A DNA stretch of 64,000 nucleotides, taken from the NCBI RefSeq assembly GCF_001194135.2, contig NC_068993.1, positions 43,598,113 to 43,662,112 on the forward strand. The letters run 5' to 3'. The DNA comes from Octopus bimaculoides. Its lineage: Eukaryota. Each line of letters begins with the position of its first letter. The stretch's first letter is position 1. The notes beneath the pieces were generated by a model. That model did no database searches. It saw only the letters and a list, made by a program, of their open reading frames with translations, and had not been told where the DNA came from. The position numbers and the translations under genes are program-made. Positions 51,631 to 63,858 of this stretch are shown here, piece after piece.

Positions 51631-51842
51631 AATGGAAACCATTTTCATTTGGACCTGGAGCACGTGTTGAATTTAGTAGACGAGAGACTTACTATCGCGA
51701 CGAGTTTCTAAAATCAAATTCAAGATTCCGTCAAAAGCGTAGTGTTCTAAAGGCTAATACAATTACTATCAAATTCCGTATTTTAAAGAAATCTGGACTC
51801 TTATGGTATGCAGATAATAAGAAAAAGTTCATCCTTCTGATG
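51631..51842 (+). CDS. FAT4: Fat4 window-exon 15, missing from ORF track (K-WKPFSFGPGARVEF...RFRQKRSV...IKFRILKKSGLLWYAD...FILLM), start of LamG2
   Basis: Poly-T and CAG acceptor; LamG signature I-K-F-R...G-L-L; donor ATG|GTAAAT; 212 nt, phase 1 to 0. Confidence 0.92.
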
Positions 51843-51896
51843 GTAAATATCTTTTACATTTTCTCCAAAGAATAATTAAATTTTGATACTCTAATG

Positions 51897-52272
51897 CACT
51901 GATTCTCAACCATTTTTTTTTTTTATCTATGAACCTCTTTGAGTACTACTTTATTCTGGTGGACCCCAAAAGCCATTCAATGTTTAAAACTCTAGTTTTA
52001 TATATTCTGGTGGACCCCAAAAGCCATTCAATGTTTAAAACTCTAGTTTTATAGATGCTTACTTGATAATTCCTATTTGTCTATCACACATTCATTTGTA
52101 TAGATTAAACAATGTAAAACATCAGAGAAAGAAACCTAGCTGTATCTTGCAATAAATGCATCTAAAACAAAACTTTTCCATGGACCCATAAAATACTATT
52201 GTGAATCTGATTTACTATTTTGCTTGTGTGAACCCCACAAAATTTTGTATGGACCCCAGTTGAAAACCACTG
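51897..52272. mobile_element. hAT (Charlie-like) MITE, 376 bp
   Basis: Ends CACTGATTCTCAACC and TTGAAAACCACTG (consensus CAGTGGTTCTCAA). The 8-bp TSD CTCTAATG at 51889-51896 recurs as CTCTAAT-N at 52273-52280. Confidence 0.85.
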
Positions 52273-53002
52273 CTCTAATNNNNNNNNNNNNNNNNNNNNN
52301 NNNNNNNNNNNNNNNNNNNNNNNNNNNNNNNNNNNNNNNNNNNNNNNNNNNNNNNNNNNNNNNNNNNNNNNNNNNNNNNNNNNNNNNNNNNNNNNNNNNN
52401 NNNNNNNNNNNNNNNNNNNNNNNNNNNNNNNNNNNNNNNNNNNNNNNNNNNNNNNNNNNNNNNNNNNNNNNNNNNNNNNNNNNNNNNNNNNNNNNNNNNN
52501 NNNNNNNNNNNNNNNNNNNNNNNNNNNNNNNNNNNNNNNNNNNNNNNNNNNNNNNNNNNNNNNNNNNNNNNNNNNTATACCATCATTATTTAATGTCCAC
52601 TTTTCCATGTCTTCGTGGGTCAGGCAGAATTTGTTGGGGTAGATTTTCTAGGGCCAAATGCTCTTCCGGTCACCAACCTTCATCTTTTTCCAAGTTGGGT
52701 ACTATTTCCCCATGACCAGACATTGTGTTCATGGAAGATTGGAAAGGAAGGACACCACTTGCATGACAGTGGCATTCATTTAAAACTGTCACACAATGTC
52801 AAGAAAAGGAGACAGAAACACAACCACACACTTACACAATGGGCTTCTTTCAGTTCCATCTGCCAGATCCACGCATGAGGCTCTGGGCTATAAGACATTT
52901 GCCCAAGTGGGCTATAAGTAAAAGACATTTGTCCAAGTGTCATGCTGTGAGACTAAACCTGAAGTCACAAGGTTGAGAAGCAAACTTCTTAACCACACAG
53001 CC

Positions 53003-53038
<36 letters not shown>

Positions 53039-53157
53039 GCACACACACACACAAATACAACATGGGGGAAGGGTGATCTTTTTTATTTGTTGCTTTGTTG
53101 CAACAGTTTATATTTCAATTATGAAAATTTAAACATTGATTTCATATTTATTTACAG

Positions 53158-53278
53158 GTAAACAATAGTCAACCTCTGTTTTTAGCTGGGCAGAATCACA
53201 ATGGTTTTGTCTCCAGTGCTCCCTTGGCATTAAATGTCTCCATCCATTCTTGGTATACAGTTACTGTGCACATGGAAG
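53158..53278 (+). CDS. FAT4: Fat4 window-exon 16, missing from ORF track (VNNSQPLFLAG...HSWYTVTVHME-G), LamG2
   Basis: TTTACAG acceptor; LamG W-x-T-V motif; donor G|GTATGA; 121 nt, phase 0 to 1. Confidence 0.9.
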
Positions 53279-53459
53279 GTATGACACCTTGAATTTCTAA
53301 ACATATCTACGTTTTGTTTTTTCATTTTTTGGTTTTTACCTTTTACCAATTCAACTGAATATTCAGAATTTGTATACATTACAAAAAAAAAAAGAAAAAT
53401 ATTTTAGGTATTCCAATATGAAAAGTATCACATTCTTATTTTATCTTTTTATTCCACAG

Positions 53460-53603
53460 GGGACAGTGTAACAGTTGAAGGGGAAAATGAGAAGACCCAG
53501 GTATTCATCTCCAACCCATTAGACATTTCTTCTGTGGATGTTGAAGTGATGTTTTTGGCCAACACAAAACATTCTTTATCAATTCACAAGGAAACTATAC
53601 CAG
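53460..53603 (+). CDS. FAT4: Fat4 window-exon 17, missing from ORF track (G-DSVTVEGENEKTQ...DVEVMFLAN...ETIP-G), LamG2
   Basis: TTCCACAG acceptor; open frame; donor G|GTAAAG; 144 nt, phase 1 to 1; joins GFEGC of the last exon. Confidence 0.88.
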
Positions 53604-54406
53604 GTAAAGGCTATAACTATAAAAAAATATTTAACAACAAAATAAAAAAATTCTCAAAAGAAATATTTATAAAATTATTTGTTAACATAGGATTGTGGTA
53701 GATTATTTAGCTGTACATTAGATAACCCACATCATTGTTTTAATGTCCATTTTTCCATACTTGCATGGGTCAAATGGAGTCTATTGAGCCAGATTTTCTA
53801 TGTCTGGATTTCTTTCCTGTCATCAACCCTCAACTGTTTCTAAGCAAGGTAATATTTCTCCACAACTAGAAATGTTCCATGAAATATTAAAAATGAATGA
53901 CACTGCTTATATGACAGTGATAATCGTTTACAACTATCAGACTGTCTATGCAAAGACACATACACACACGTATACATACACACGCACACACATATATATA
54001 TGTATGACAAACTTCTTTCAGTTTCTGTCTCCCAGAATGTCACACAGTGGGACTGAACTTGAAACCATGTGATTAGGAAGCAAACTTCTTAACCACAGAC
54101 CCATGCCTGCACCTATTATAATGCATTCTAACCTAGGAACTGGTAACAGTTGCCAACAGAAAGGGCATCCAGCCATAGAAAATCTTCCTCAATAAATTCC
54201 AACTGAACCATGCAAAGCATGGAAAGATGAACATTAAAGAATTATGATGAGGATGATAAGAATGTTTCTTGTACCAGATTTATAAATATCAATAAATGAC
54301 ATTTTGATTAACTTCTTCTCAAGTACTGAAATGTTTTAATGTTTATCCAATTAATTACATCAGATTTCACCCATGTTCATTGTACTTTTCTCTTTTTTAT
54401 TGTCAG

Positions 54407-56097
54407 GTTTTGAAGGATGCTTAGAAGATTTCTTTCTCAATGGTCAGAAAATGCCATTTGGTGGATCTACGGATAGATTTGATGTGACTCCAGTAGGAAA
54501 CGTCAGTTCCAACTGTCCAAGCTTGTGTTCTACCAATCCTTGTGAAAGTGGTATGACATGTGAAATAGATGCGTCGACATACAAATGTCTCCCTTACTCA
54601 TCAGTCGACCTTGGCTTGCTGCTGAAGATTTTACTTCCGCTATTAATTCTTCTAATCTTAATCTTGATTATTGTTGGTCTCATTGTGTTCTGGCGGCGAC
54701 GGCGGCATATCGATCAGCAACATAATAAGAACAACAAGTCTGGAATGTTAAATAAATTTTGCCATCAGAGAAGGAAAAATAGTAATTTAAAAACCAGCAG
54801 TCAGACCTACAGTGAGGCGGAATATGTGGAAGGCAATGGTATACCGGATGAAATAATTATCCGTAACCATATTCTTGAAGAATTGGCTCAAAAAGCCCAT
54901 GATAATAGCTGTATGCCAAGGCCTGATATTATTGAGTCTGAAAGTCACCCTGTGGTGCCTCTTGAAATGGAAGATGGAACTGTAATAATTGAAAATGGTG
55001 ATCTTTCTCAAAGCGTTCACCTCAATGATGATGTACCAGAACATTATGATTTAGAGAATGCCAGCAGTATAGCGCCTTCGGATATTGATATTGTCACTCA
55101 TTATAAAGGATTTCGAGATGGCAAAGTCAATAAATATAAACCTAATTCTAATCTCCTTACTTATCGACATCCTTATATTGCAAATCCTCAACAAAATATG
55201 ATGTGGTCCAGTAATGTTCCAGCTTCAAATGCTTTAAATTATAATGGACCTTTATCTGTACCAGCTCGCAGTAGCCCGATGCATCTCAACAACTTAGCTC
55301 GCAGCAGCCCTGCACCTGTAGGAGTTAGACAAAGCCCAATGAATCTTCTGGCACATCAAAACCCCAGTGTACTGACCTCCAGTTCAAATAATCATTGGAA
55401 TTCACACTCAGCATCCTCAGACAACTGCACAGGAAAACCTGGCAAATCTAAACCTAAAGTTGCATTAAAGCCTCAGCCAGCTCCAAGAAGTAGCTCTAAT
55501 AATGGTAGAGGGAATCGTATGAAAGGATTCACTGTAGAAGAAGTAAATAGACTAAACACTTGTCCGGATTCTACAAATCCTGAAAGTCTGCGAGAATCAG
55601 TAAGTTCAAGTGATGAAAACATTGCTAAATGGGGCAAAGCAAGTGATAACCTAAATAGTAGTGGTCTGCTGGATGCTCAAGATTCTAGCTCAAATGGAAG
55701 TGCTAATGACTCTTTTACTTGTTCAGAATTTGAATATGACACTGAACGAGTCCGTAATGACTTTGAGCCTGGCTCAATGATATATTCAAAACTAACTGAA
55801 GTAGAGAATGAAAATGATGAGAGCCCTGTAGACAATAGAACATTTGATTACGACGGCTTAGATTCTGCCGGTGAATCATATAGCACCCTTGTATCTTCTG
55901 ATGAAGACAAATCAAAGAATCGAGGTACTGTAGGTTCATTTGACTTAGATTATTTGCTTACGTGGGGGCCAAATTTTGAAAAATTAGTTGGTGTTTTTAA
56001 AGATATTGCATCATTGCCGGACAATGAGCAAAGCCAAAATTTGCAGCCTGAAGTTGTTACAAATGTTGGGGCAAAATCAGATGAGGAATATGTATGA
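54407..56097 (+). CDS. FAT4: Fat4 terminal exon (end of LamG2 GFEGC, truncated EGF, TM helix about 54628-54693, cytoplasmic domain, C-terminal EEYV)
   Basis: TGTCAG acceptor; hydrophobic ILLPLLILLILILIIVGLIVFW followed by RRRRH; conserved Fat4 motifs; TGA stop followed immediately by TAA. Confidence 0.97.
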
Positions 56098-56833
56098 TAA
56101 AATTTAGCGAGTTCCAGTTTGTAACTCGACTGTATTTTATTTGGTATGTTATGCTTTTTTTTTTTAAAATGTCTGAACTGATCTAGAAGGAGTATAGTTG
56201 CAGTTAGTACTGCTTTGATGTTCATATTTCTTCCAGGAAGAAAGGAAAAGCTAGTCACTGCTAATACATACTGGCTGTGGAAGATGGCAAGAAAACTAAC
56301 ATCATCTCAAGATGCTTAAAGTACTGGAGTTTATTGTCAATATATATAAATATTATATTTCTCAATTTTATCTTATTCATTTTCACTGAACCACTGTTAT
56401 TATTAAGTCCTCTTTATGCAGTGACTTGATTTGATGTGCTTTCAACAGTTAAATAATCATTTTTTTTTCATATCCCACCCCCATACAGTTTATCTGCTAT
56501 CTCAAATTCTATTTTCCAGTCTTGACAGACATGTTGTTTATGAAAGAAAGAAAGAAAGAAAAAAAAAAAAGATTCATTGCAAGCAATTTTTATTTATATC
56601 TCCAGCTCTCCAACCCCCAACAAAACGTAAACAGATAAACACAATTGCTATATTTGATAATTTGTGACATCTTTTTAAATATATAATATATAATATAATA
56701 TAATATATTCAACTCTGTCTCAGCAACAATGTTTGATCAGCATTTTTTTATACTGTGAGCTTACAGGGATCAAAACATGAAGAGAAGTTTCAAATGAAAA
56801 ATAACATTTTTTTCCTGCAACACACTATGATTC

Positions 56834-56843
56834 ATTAAATAAA
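56834..56843 (+). promoter_or_regulatory. Candidate polyadenylation signal of Fat4 (overlapping ATTAAA/AATAAA)
   Basis: ATTAAATAAA about 740 nt after the stop in a repeat-poor AT-rich stretch. Other AATAAA hexamers occur further down, so the choice is uncertain. Confidence 0.3.
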
Positions 56844-56864
56844 ATTTGTTTAATCTTAAGCATA

Positions 56865-56906
<42 letters not shown>

Positions 56907-58790
56907 GTAATATGGTGTATTCAACACTTTTGTACGAGTGCAGTCATTAGTGTTGACTTACAGCCATTAAGCAAACTTGACCAATTCCATTAATGTTTCT
57001 GTCTCAGACAAAATAATAATGCTGGCTACTTGTATACCAGATAACGGAGCTGTCTTCCCTTCTCTACTTAAAACTTGATAAACATGTAAGGTTGTTTATT
57101 ATTTTTCTAGAATAACAATGCCAGTTAAATAAACTGATTATTGCTTTCTGGAAACTGTTGTAGATGGAGTAAAAGAAAAGAAAAAAAAAAACTATTTCAG
57201 AGAAAATATGTCTGGTCCTCTTTGGCAATTTCAGATGGAAACATCAGAATAATTCTAGTTTTTTTTTTTTTTTTTTTTTAATTAGTGATATTTATGTTAT
57301 TTCCATCAAATATATATTGGTTATGAAGTACTTTTCTTTCATAAACAGTTCCAGTACTATGCCAAAGATCAAAAATTTTTAAAGAATTATGGCATGATTT
57401 TTTTTAATGTATTTATTAATTTTCATATGTTTCTCTAACATTTTGTTTGATAGAAAAAAAAGCTAAAAAACAATCAGGAATTTCAAATATTATTACCCTC
57501 TAAAATTGATTTGATTTATAAGAAAATGAGCTTTAATTTATTTCACAGACAAACTTTGTATTTCATACAACTAAATTATTTTACTTTTATTTTATTTATT
57601 CATTCTATATTCCTAAACAACTTCCTGGGGTACAACTCAACAACCGAAATCTTTCTTCATCTAATCACATTAACATTCATCTTACACATAATAAGACTTG
57701 AAATTAACATTCTTAATCAGGGTGGGAGTCATAGTATTATGTCGTATAGAAATAATCTGAATCATAGTTGCAACACTTATATTATTAAGGTGCTACACTA
57801 CCAGTCCAAAGGTCATGAGATCAAATATTATCACAGACAGACGTGTGTTGTGAATTTTATTGACATACATCTGCTTGTCTCATTCAATTCGGATGTATAT
57901 AGGCAACACTCCCAAATTATAGATGATTAATTAGCATAGGATAAACATCAGTTCTTAAAATATGTCAAAACAAGCTTCCACTATAGTTCATAAAAATACA
58001 TACACATAACAATAATAATATTAAAAGTATATTTTAGAAACAATAGAGTTGAATTATAAGAATTTTTAAATCACTTTTAATGATTTTCATAATTTTTTCT
58101 CTTCAAGATTGATTTGATTTTCACTTAGATTAACAAGTTTTATGTGCTTTATACTGTCATCATTTAGACCAGCTCAGCTCTGATCAAGCTGGCCAATGAT
58201 CAAAGATATTGTAGTCTTTGGGTATCTTGTCCTTATCTTGTCCTTTTTTTTTTTTCAGTATAGTCTATCTAGGACTGCATTTTTAAATGTGTCTTTTCTT
58301 CTTCTAAGATGGTAGAGTATGATTTTAGAAAAATTTTGATTGCTATTTCTAGCAAGTCAGCAACCATGCTGACTCAAGACGCTCCCTTATTAAATTAAAA
58401 GATCTCTTGTTGGCCTCCAGTTATAGCTGATGGTAGTTATATGTGTGTGTGTGTGTGTGTGTAAACCATACAAACAAAATATGGACCTCTGACCAGTTCA
58501 CAGGGGCAGTAACTCTGAATAAGAACCGATTTGGACCATAACAACCCATCCAACTCAATGCTAGCATGGAAAGCTGACATGAAATTATGAAGCTGAAAGA
58601 ACTCGTATATAGTTATGAGTAATAACGAACAGTCACTAATGAAAGGAGACCATACTGGTTATAGGGTTAAATCTATTATGCTATAATATTGGAGTGGACT
58701 CTGACTTCCAGTTCCATCTCCTGTGGCTTGTTCAACTCTACATGTGTCATTTTTATAATATTGGGTATACATACATATATTATAAACATA

Positions 58791-58829
<39 letters not shown>

Positions 58830-58900
58830 NNNNNNNNNNTGAGTGTAATATAGCAAGCCAGTAAAGTTATGATCCCAAACTTGTAATATTTATTACACAA

Positions 58901-59105
58901 GGTGGCAAGTTAGCAGAATTGTTAGCATGCTGGGCAAAATGTTTAGCAGCATTTCATCTGTCTTTATGTTCTGAGTTCAAATTCTGCCGAGGTTGATTTA
59001 TCCTTTCAGGGTTGATAAAATAAGTACCAGTTGAGCACTGGGGTTGATATAATCAACTTTCCCCTTCTCCCCAAAACAGCTGGCCTTCTCCCAAAATTTG
59101 AAACC
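58901..59105 (+). mobile_element. ATT-tailed SINE copy downstream of Fat4
   Basis: Head GGTGGCAAGTTAGCAGAATTGTTAGC; tail CCAAAATTTGAAACCAAT. Confidence 0.8.
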
Positions 59106-59804
59106 AATATCTATTACACACAAGTTCATTGTATGGCAACGTTGAGTAAGTAATACCCAGTTCCATCAGAGCATTCATCCCTCAAGTAGCAACCCCTTTT
59201 TTTTTTAAAAGGGTTGCTTTGTTAGTCATTGGTTATAGTTTCAGCCATTAGACTGCAGCCATGCTGGGGCACTGCCTTGAAGGGTTTAGTCAAACAAGTA
59301 CCAGTCTGGTACTTATTTTATCAGCTTCTTTTAGCAAACTGCTAAGTTAAAGGTGGTAAACAAACCAACACTAGTTGTCAAATGACATAGGACAGACACA
59401 AAATCACATACATGACACACACATTCCATCTACCAAATTCACGCACAAGTCATTAGTTGGTCAGGGACTATAGTAGAAGACATTTTCCCATGGTGCTGTA
59501 CAGTGGGACTGAACCTGAAACTGCATGGTTGCAAAGTGAGCTTCTTAACCATGTCTGTGCCATGTTGATGAAAATATTTAAGAACTGAAACTGTATCTGC
59601 TAGAACAATATAAAAGAAAAAAACTACAGAAATTAAAATAGAATGGCTAAATTAGATTTTATAGATTTCACTTAAACATTTAATTCAAGTTCTAAGTATA
59701 ACTCTTGTTGACAGAAACCAGTTTGGAATGTTAAGAAATAACTTTAACAAAATATTTTGCATTAGTTGTCCTGATTACACACACACACGCACACACACAC
59801 GCAC

Positions 59805-59836
<32 letters not shown>

Positions 59837-59948
59837 CAGTAATGGTAGAATTCCAAATAAATAAAATATAAATGTGCTTCAAGCATCGAGGCAGTGCTCC
59901 ATCATGGCCACAGTCAAATGACTGAAACTAATAAAAGAACGAATAGTG

Positions 59949-60127
59949 TAAATATCAGGTTAAAGATCCCCTTAGATGGGAAAAGTTAAAGGTTCCCTGT
60001 GGGATTCGAATCCACATCATTTGTATAACGGTGGAGTGTATGTCATGTTTACAAAAGATGTAAGTTTAAGTCCCACTGCGAGCCTTCGACTTTTTCCTTC
60101 CAAGAGGTTCTTTAACCCAATACTTAA
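59949..60127. repeat. Imperfect palindrome of about 180 bp (about 80-bp arms, short loop), probably a hairpin MITE
   Basis: The left arm TAAATATCAGGTTAAAGATCCCC...GTGGGATTCGAATCCACATCATTTGTA aligns with the reverse complement of the right arm TAAGTATTGGGTTAAAGAACCTC...GTGGGACTTAAACTTACATCTTTTGTA. Confidence 0.8.
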
Positions 60128-61324
60128 ATGCTATTATTTGTAGCCTTATCTACTTTGAGTACTATCACTAAAAATGATTTATTTCATTTCTCTCAAAGTT
60201 ACTAAATTCTTATGGCATAAACAAACAATATATATATATATATTCTAGCAACAAGTTACTGATAATATTAAGATGTTTTCTAATACTTCATAAATAAACA
60301 AAATTTAAAAGAATTTAAAGCTAGAGTTACAAAGTAAATGTTTACTTTCAGGCAGTTGAACTCAAACTTCAACTGCTATGTTAATTAAATCTAATAATAA
60401 AACCTCTTGAAATTATTTTTTGACAGTTCCACATGTTGTCTTCCAGCCTTCTTTTCTCTTGGAATGTTAACCTTGAATCTTAGCTAACAAAAATAGTGTT
60501 GACAGCAATGACAAGATATTTTTGCTGTTGTCACTATGGTAGCTGTCTACCATGTAGGCACAAATATACAATTCACACTTTTAATTCATACTCAATGGTG
60601 AAAACTTTAAAATTCACAGTTGATTTTCTTTTTAACCCAGTAATAACAATAAAACAACTGACAAATCATTCTTTTCATTTCTCATGTATTTAGATTATTT
60701 CATTCTTTCTAATTTTGAATTTTTATTTAAATTAATTAAAGTTATTAAAAAAGTAAATGAATATGTTTTCCTCTGCTTTCTGACTTCTAAGCTATGTTGT
60801 CCTATTGGTATAGCTCTGAATAAATAAAAATAAAACACATATTTACTATTTTTATCATGGTAATACAAAAATAATTTCACTTTAGCGAACATCAAATCCT
60901 ATCCAGTTTTGCTCTGAATTTTTCTATTCATTTCAGCTGTTTTAATTTGAAAGTATTCTTTTCTTCAGATTTCTTAATTTTCCCATTTGTAACCAAAGTT
61001 AAATGTATTTTATTAAAATACAATGTGATTGAAATTTGAAATGAATGAAAATGTGTACTTTTAGATAGTTCAGCTCTAGTAATGACTTCATTTGTTGTAG
61101 CTTTATTATAATTAACATCTACTACAACAAGAGCTTCAGCTTCATGTGTATTGTTAAGGAGTTGATAGAGAGGAGCAATGACAGACCACACAAAACAGCC
61201 TCTTTGTTCAGCAGAAATTTTGTTCAATTCCTTCTTTGGGGTCTTTTTTTTTTTTCTTAGCACAATATTTGCATATCTTGTTAACTAAATGAAAATTTAA
61301 ATTTTTAAAGAACCTTCTGGGCTG

Positions 61325-61365
<41 letters not shown>

Positions 61366-62410
61366 TATTCAAACACCCACATGCAAAACACAAATGAAAT
61401 GAGAAAATATAACTCTTATTTTGCTGTCAATGATTATTTCCCTTTGTTCTGTTTCTTGAAGAATTTAGATTTATAAAAGAAACATTTATGAAAAAAAAAT
61501 ATGGTTAAGAGATCCTGCTAACATTTCTCAGAAATTATTTTGAAGTTATTTTTTTTTCTTTTTTCTTTTTTTTTTCTTTTTTTTTTTAGAAGCAAATTTA
61601 GTTGGAGAAAATAATATTTCATTTCCAAAGCTAGAATTTTATTCTGACTGTTTTCATTGTATGTATGTATAGATGCATGTGTATATGTGTGTGTGTATGT
61701 GTATACTAATAAAAGAAAAGATATATGCTATATGAGTCATTTCAATAACCTACTCACCCCTGACCCCCTCCACTTCTACACTAAATAAGTGCTAATACAA
61801 ATCACAAAAACAGTCTGAAGCTTTTAATGGCATTTCACATCATCTGTACAGAATAAATTTTTATTAAACCTATCATTTGTTTTATTTATTCATTTTATAT
61901 ATAATTATTATTGTGTGTGTATGTGTAAAGGTTTCAACATTTAACTTTCATTACTTCAGATTTTCAATATATTTGATTTACAACAAGGATTTTATATTAA
62001 ATTTATATTTCATTTTAAGAGCAGCTGTCTGTATGTGTTTGCAGAATCTCCGTGGTGTGACCTGTCAAATATTCTGATGCCACAAATTATGGATGTCATC
62101 TATACCATTTCCAAACAAAAGAATTTCAGTTATAACAAGTAATTTTAATTGAATTGTGCAAATAATTGAAGCTGTTTGGTTACTACTTTTCTAAACACAT
62201 CAATTTTCATTTGGCTTTGAATTGTGAAGGAAAAAAAATTTCATGAAGATAATATTTAGTGTAATAGAATATATTATTTATTGTCAAAAGCAGACATAGT
62301 AATGTAGTTAAGAAGTTTGATTTTTAACTATGTGGATCTGAGTTCAGTCTCACTGAGTGGCACACTCAGCAAATGGCTGCCACTATAGCCTTTGACTTGA
62401 CCGACCATTT

Positions 62411-62496
62411 CTCTGCAAGAGGATTTTGTAAACAGAAACTGATGGAAGTATATCTCTGCAAGAGGATTTTGTAAACAGAAACTGATGGAAGTATAT
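62411..62496 (+). repeat. Perfect 43-bp tandem duplication inside a SINE remnant
   Basis: CTCTGCAAGAGGATTTTGTAAACAGAAACTGATGGAAGTATAT twice. Confidence 0.9.
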
Positions 62497-62511
62497 GTGT
62501 GTATCTATATA

Positions 62512-62724
62512 TGAAGGGGTACTGAAAAGTTCCTGACTTTGAGGGTATCACAAAAGGCTCAGTTGAAGGCCCATCCAAGTTCTTTTACAGGACTTAGAAA
62601 AACTGAAGAATTGCTGCAGTAAGTGTGTGAATCTGAGAAGGAAATATCTTGAATAAAATCATAATTAACTGATCCTCCTGTATTTGCTTTTACCCAAAGC
62701 CAGGAACTTTTCAGCACCCCCTTG
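62512..62724 (+). mobile_element. Mariner-derived MITE, 213 bp
   Basis: TIR AAGGGGT(A/G)CTGAAAAGTTCCTG(A/G)CT with TA TSD; the interior keeps transposase C-terminal codons GLEKLKNCCSKCVNL. Confidence 0.85.
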
Positions 62725-63858
62725 TATGTATAAGTATATATATATATGTGTGTGTTTGTATGTATGTGTGTGAATGTTGAGCTATGGTTATGGGCAATGA
62801 CATCACAGTTTATGTCTGAACTGCAACCAGTGACATTTTTAGTCAACAAATGATCTGCAATCTCTGTACATTCAAATTCCTCTGCAATTACAGTAAAATC
62901 CCTTACTTGCAAAACTAGTCATGGTTGGTGGCAGGAAGTGTGTCTTGCCATAAAATCTTACCTCAGCCTCCTCCCATCAAAGCATACCGACATGGAAAAA
63001 GAACTGACATTAAACAAAACAAGATTTAGAGTTTTGGTGTCTTTTTTTAATGTTATCAGTTTGGCTGGCTAATAAACTTCATAAAAGAATTGATTTGTAT
63101 ACTGTGAGGAAAATATCTAGCAATTCTGGCAGGACCATATAATTGACTATTAAAAGATTCTCTTGTTTGAAATTCATTTTATTCCTAAAATTGTTTGCCA
63201 GTAGTAAAAAGATAGTTTTAAAACTTCTATTTGTGTGTACTTGATATAGATATATATGGTTTGTCCACATTGCTCTATAAGGAGCATAGGATCAGTTTTC
63301 AAGTTTCTCTGGCATATATATTCCTCCCTGGATGGGACATTGGCCAGTTGAAGGATTACTCATCCTTATCAGCTGAATGGACTGAAATAACACGAAAGAA
63401 GTGTTTTGCTCAAGCACACAATATATCACCCAGTCCAGGAATTGAAACCACAATCTTATGCTCATGAGCCAACACCCCAACCACTAGGTCATACAACTCC
63501 ACAAACTTATAATATATTTAGAAATAATTAAAATAGTTATCAGAGAGAAAGAATGAGTTATAGTTGAAGAGCTGAGTCCATTTATTTTACTCTTACACAT
63601 TAATACCGAATTTGAGGTAAATAATTGGAAACCATGAGCCATATATACATTAGATTCTGGTTTAGAGAGATGCCTCATTTCAGTTACTCAAAGTTTTATG
63701 TAACCATTTTGTTTTATCTCAAGAAAGTCCTTATGCCAACAGTAAGCACACACTAGTTCTATGTCACTTCTTTTATTATTATTAGTCATCTAGTAAACTA
63801 ATTAACTAATTGATTGTTTGATTATTCATTCAGTCGATCAATCAAGCAGCTAGATTCA

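Larger units (their letters stand above)
1..56097 (+). other. FAT4: Fat4 / fat-like atypical cadherin gene, 3' part (18 exons in window, 5' end outside window)
   Basis: Splicing 18 GT-AG exons gives one open frame (intron phases 1,0,2,1,2,1,0,0,2,1,1,0,2,1,0,1,1; 8,931 nt from position 3 to TGA). Architecture is cadherin repeats-EGFx4-LamG-EGF-LamG-EGF-TM. Cytoplasmic motifs HYDLENASSIAPSD, GFTVEEVNRLN, SFTCSEFEYD, WGPNFEKLVGVFKDIASLPD and terminal EEYV match the Fat4/fat subfamily rather than Fat1-3/Fat-like. Confidence 0.95.

Noticed and set aside
51803-51811. Alternative donor TG|GTATGC inside exon 15
   Set aside because: Its phase is incompatible with the phase-0 acceptor at 53158 and it would truncate a LamG strand; the donor at 51843 fits.
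57511-57930. 139-aa ORF downstream of Fat4
   Set aside because: AT-rich F/I/L/N-biased composition, non-ATG start and no domain; likely 3' UTR or intergenic.
59996-60014. tRNA gene suggested by GGATTCGAATCC
   Set aside because: No A box or cloverleaf at the right spacing; it is part of the palindromic element. The tRNA-like boxes elsewhere belong to SINE heads.
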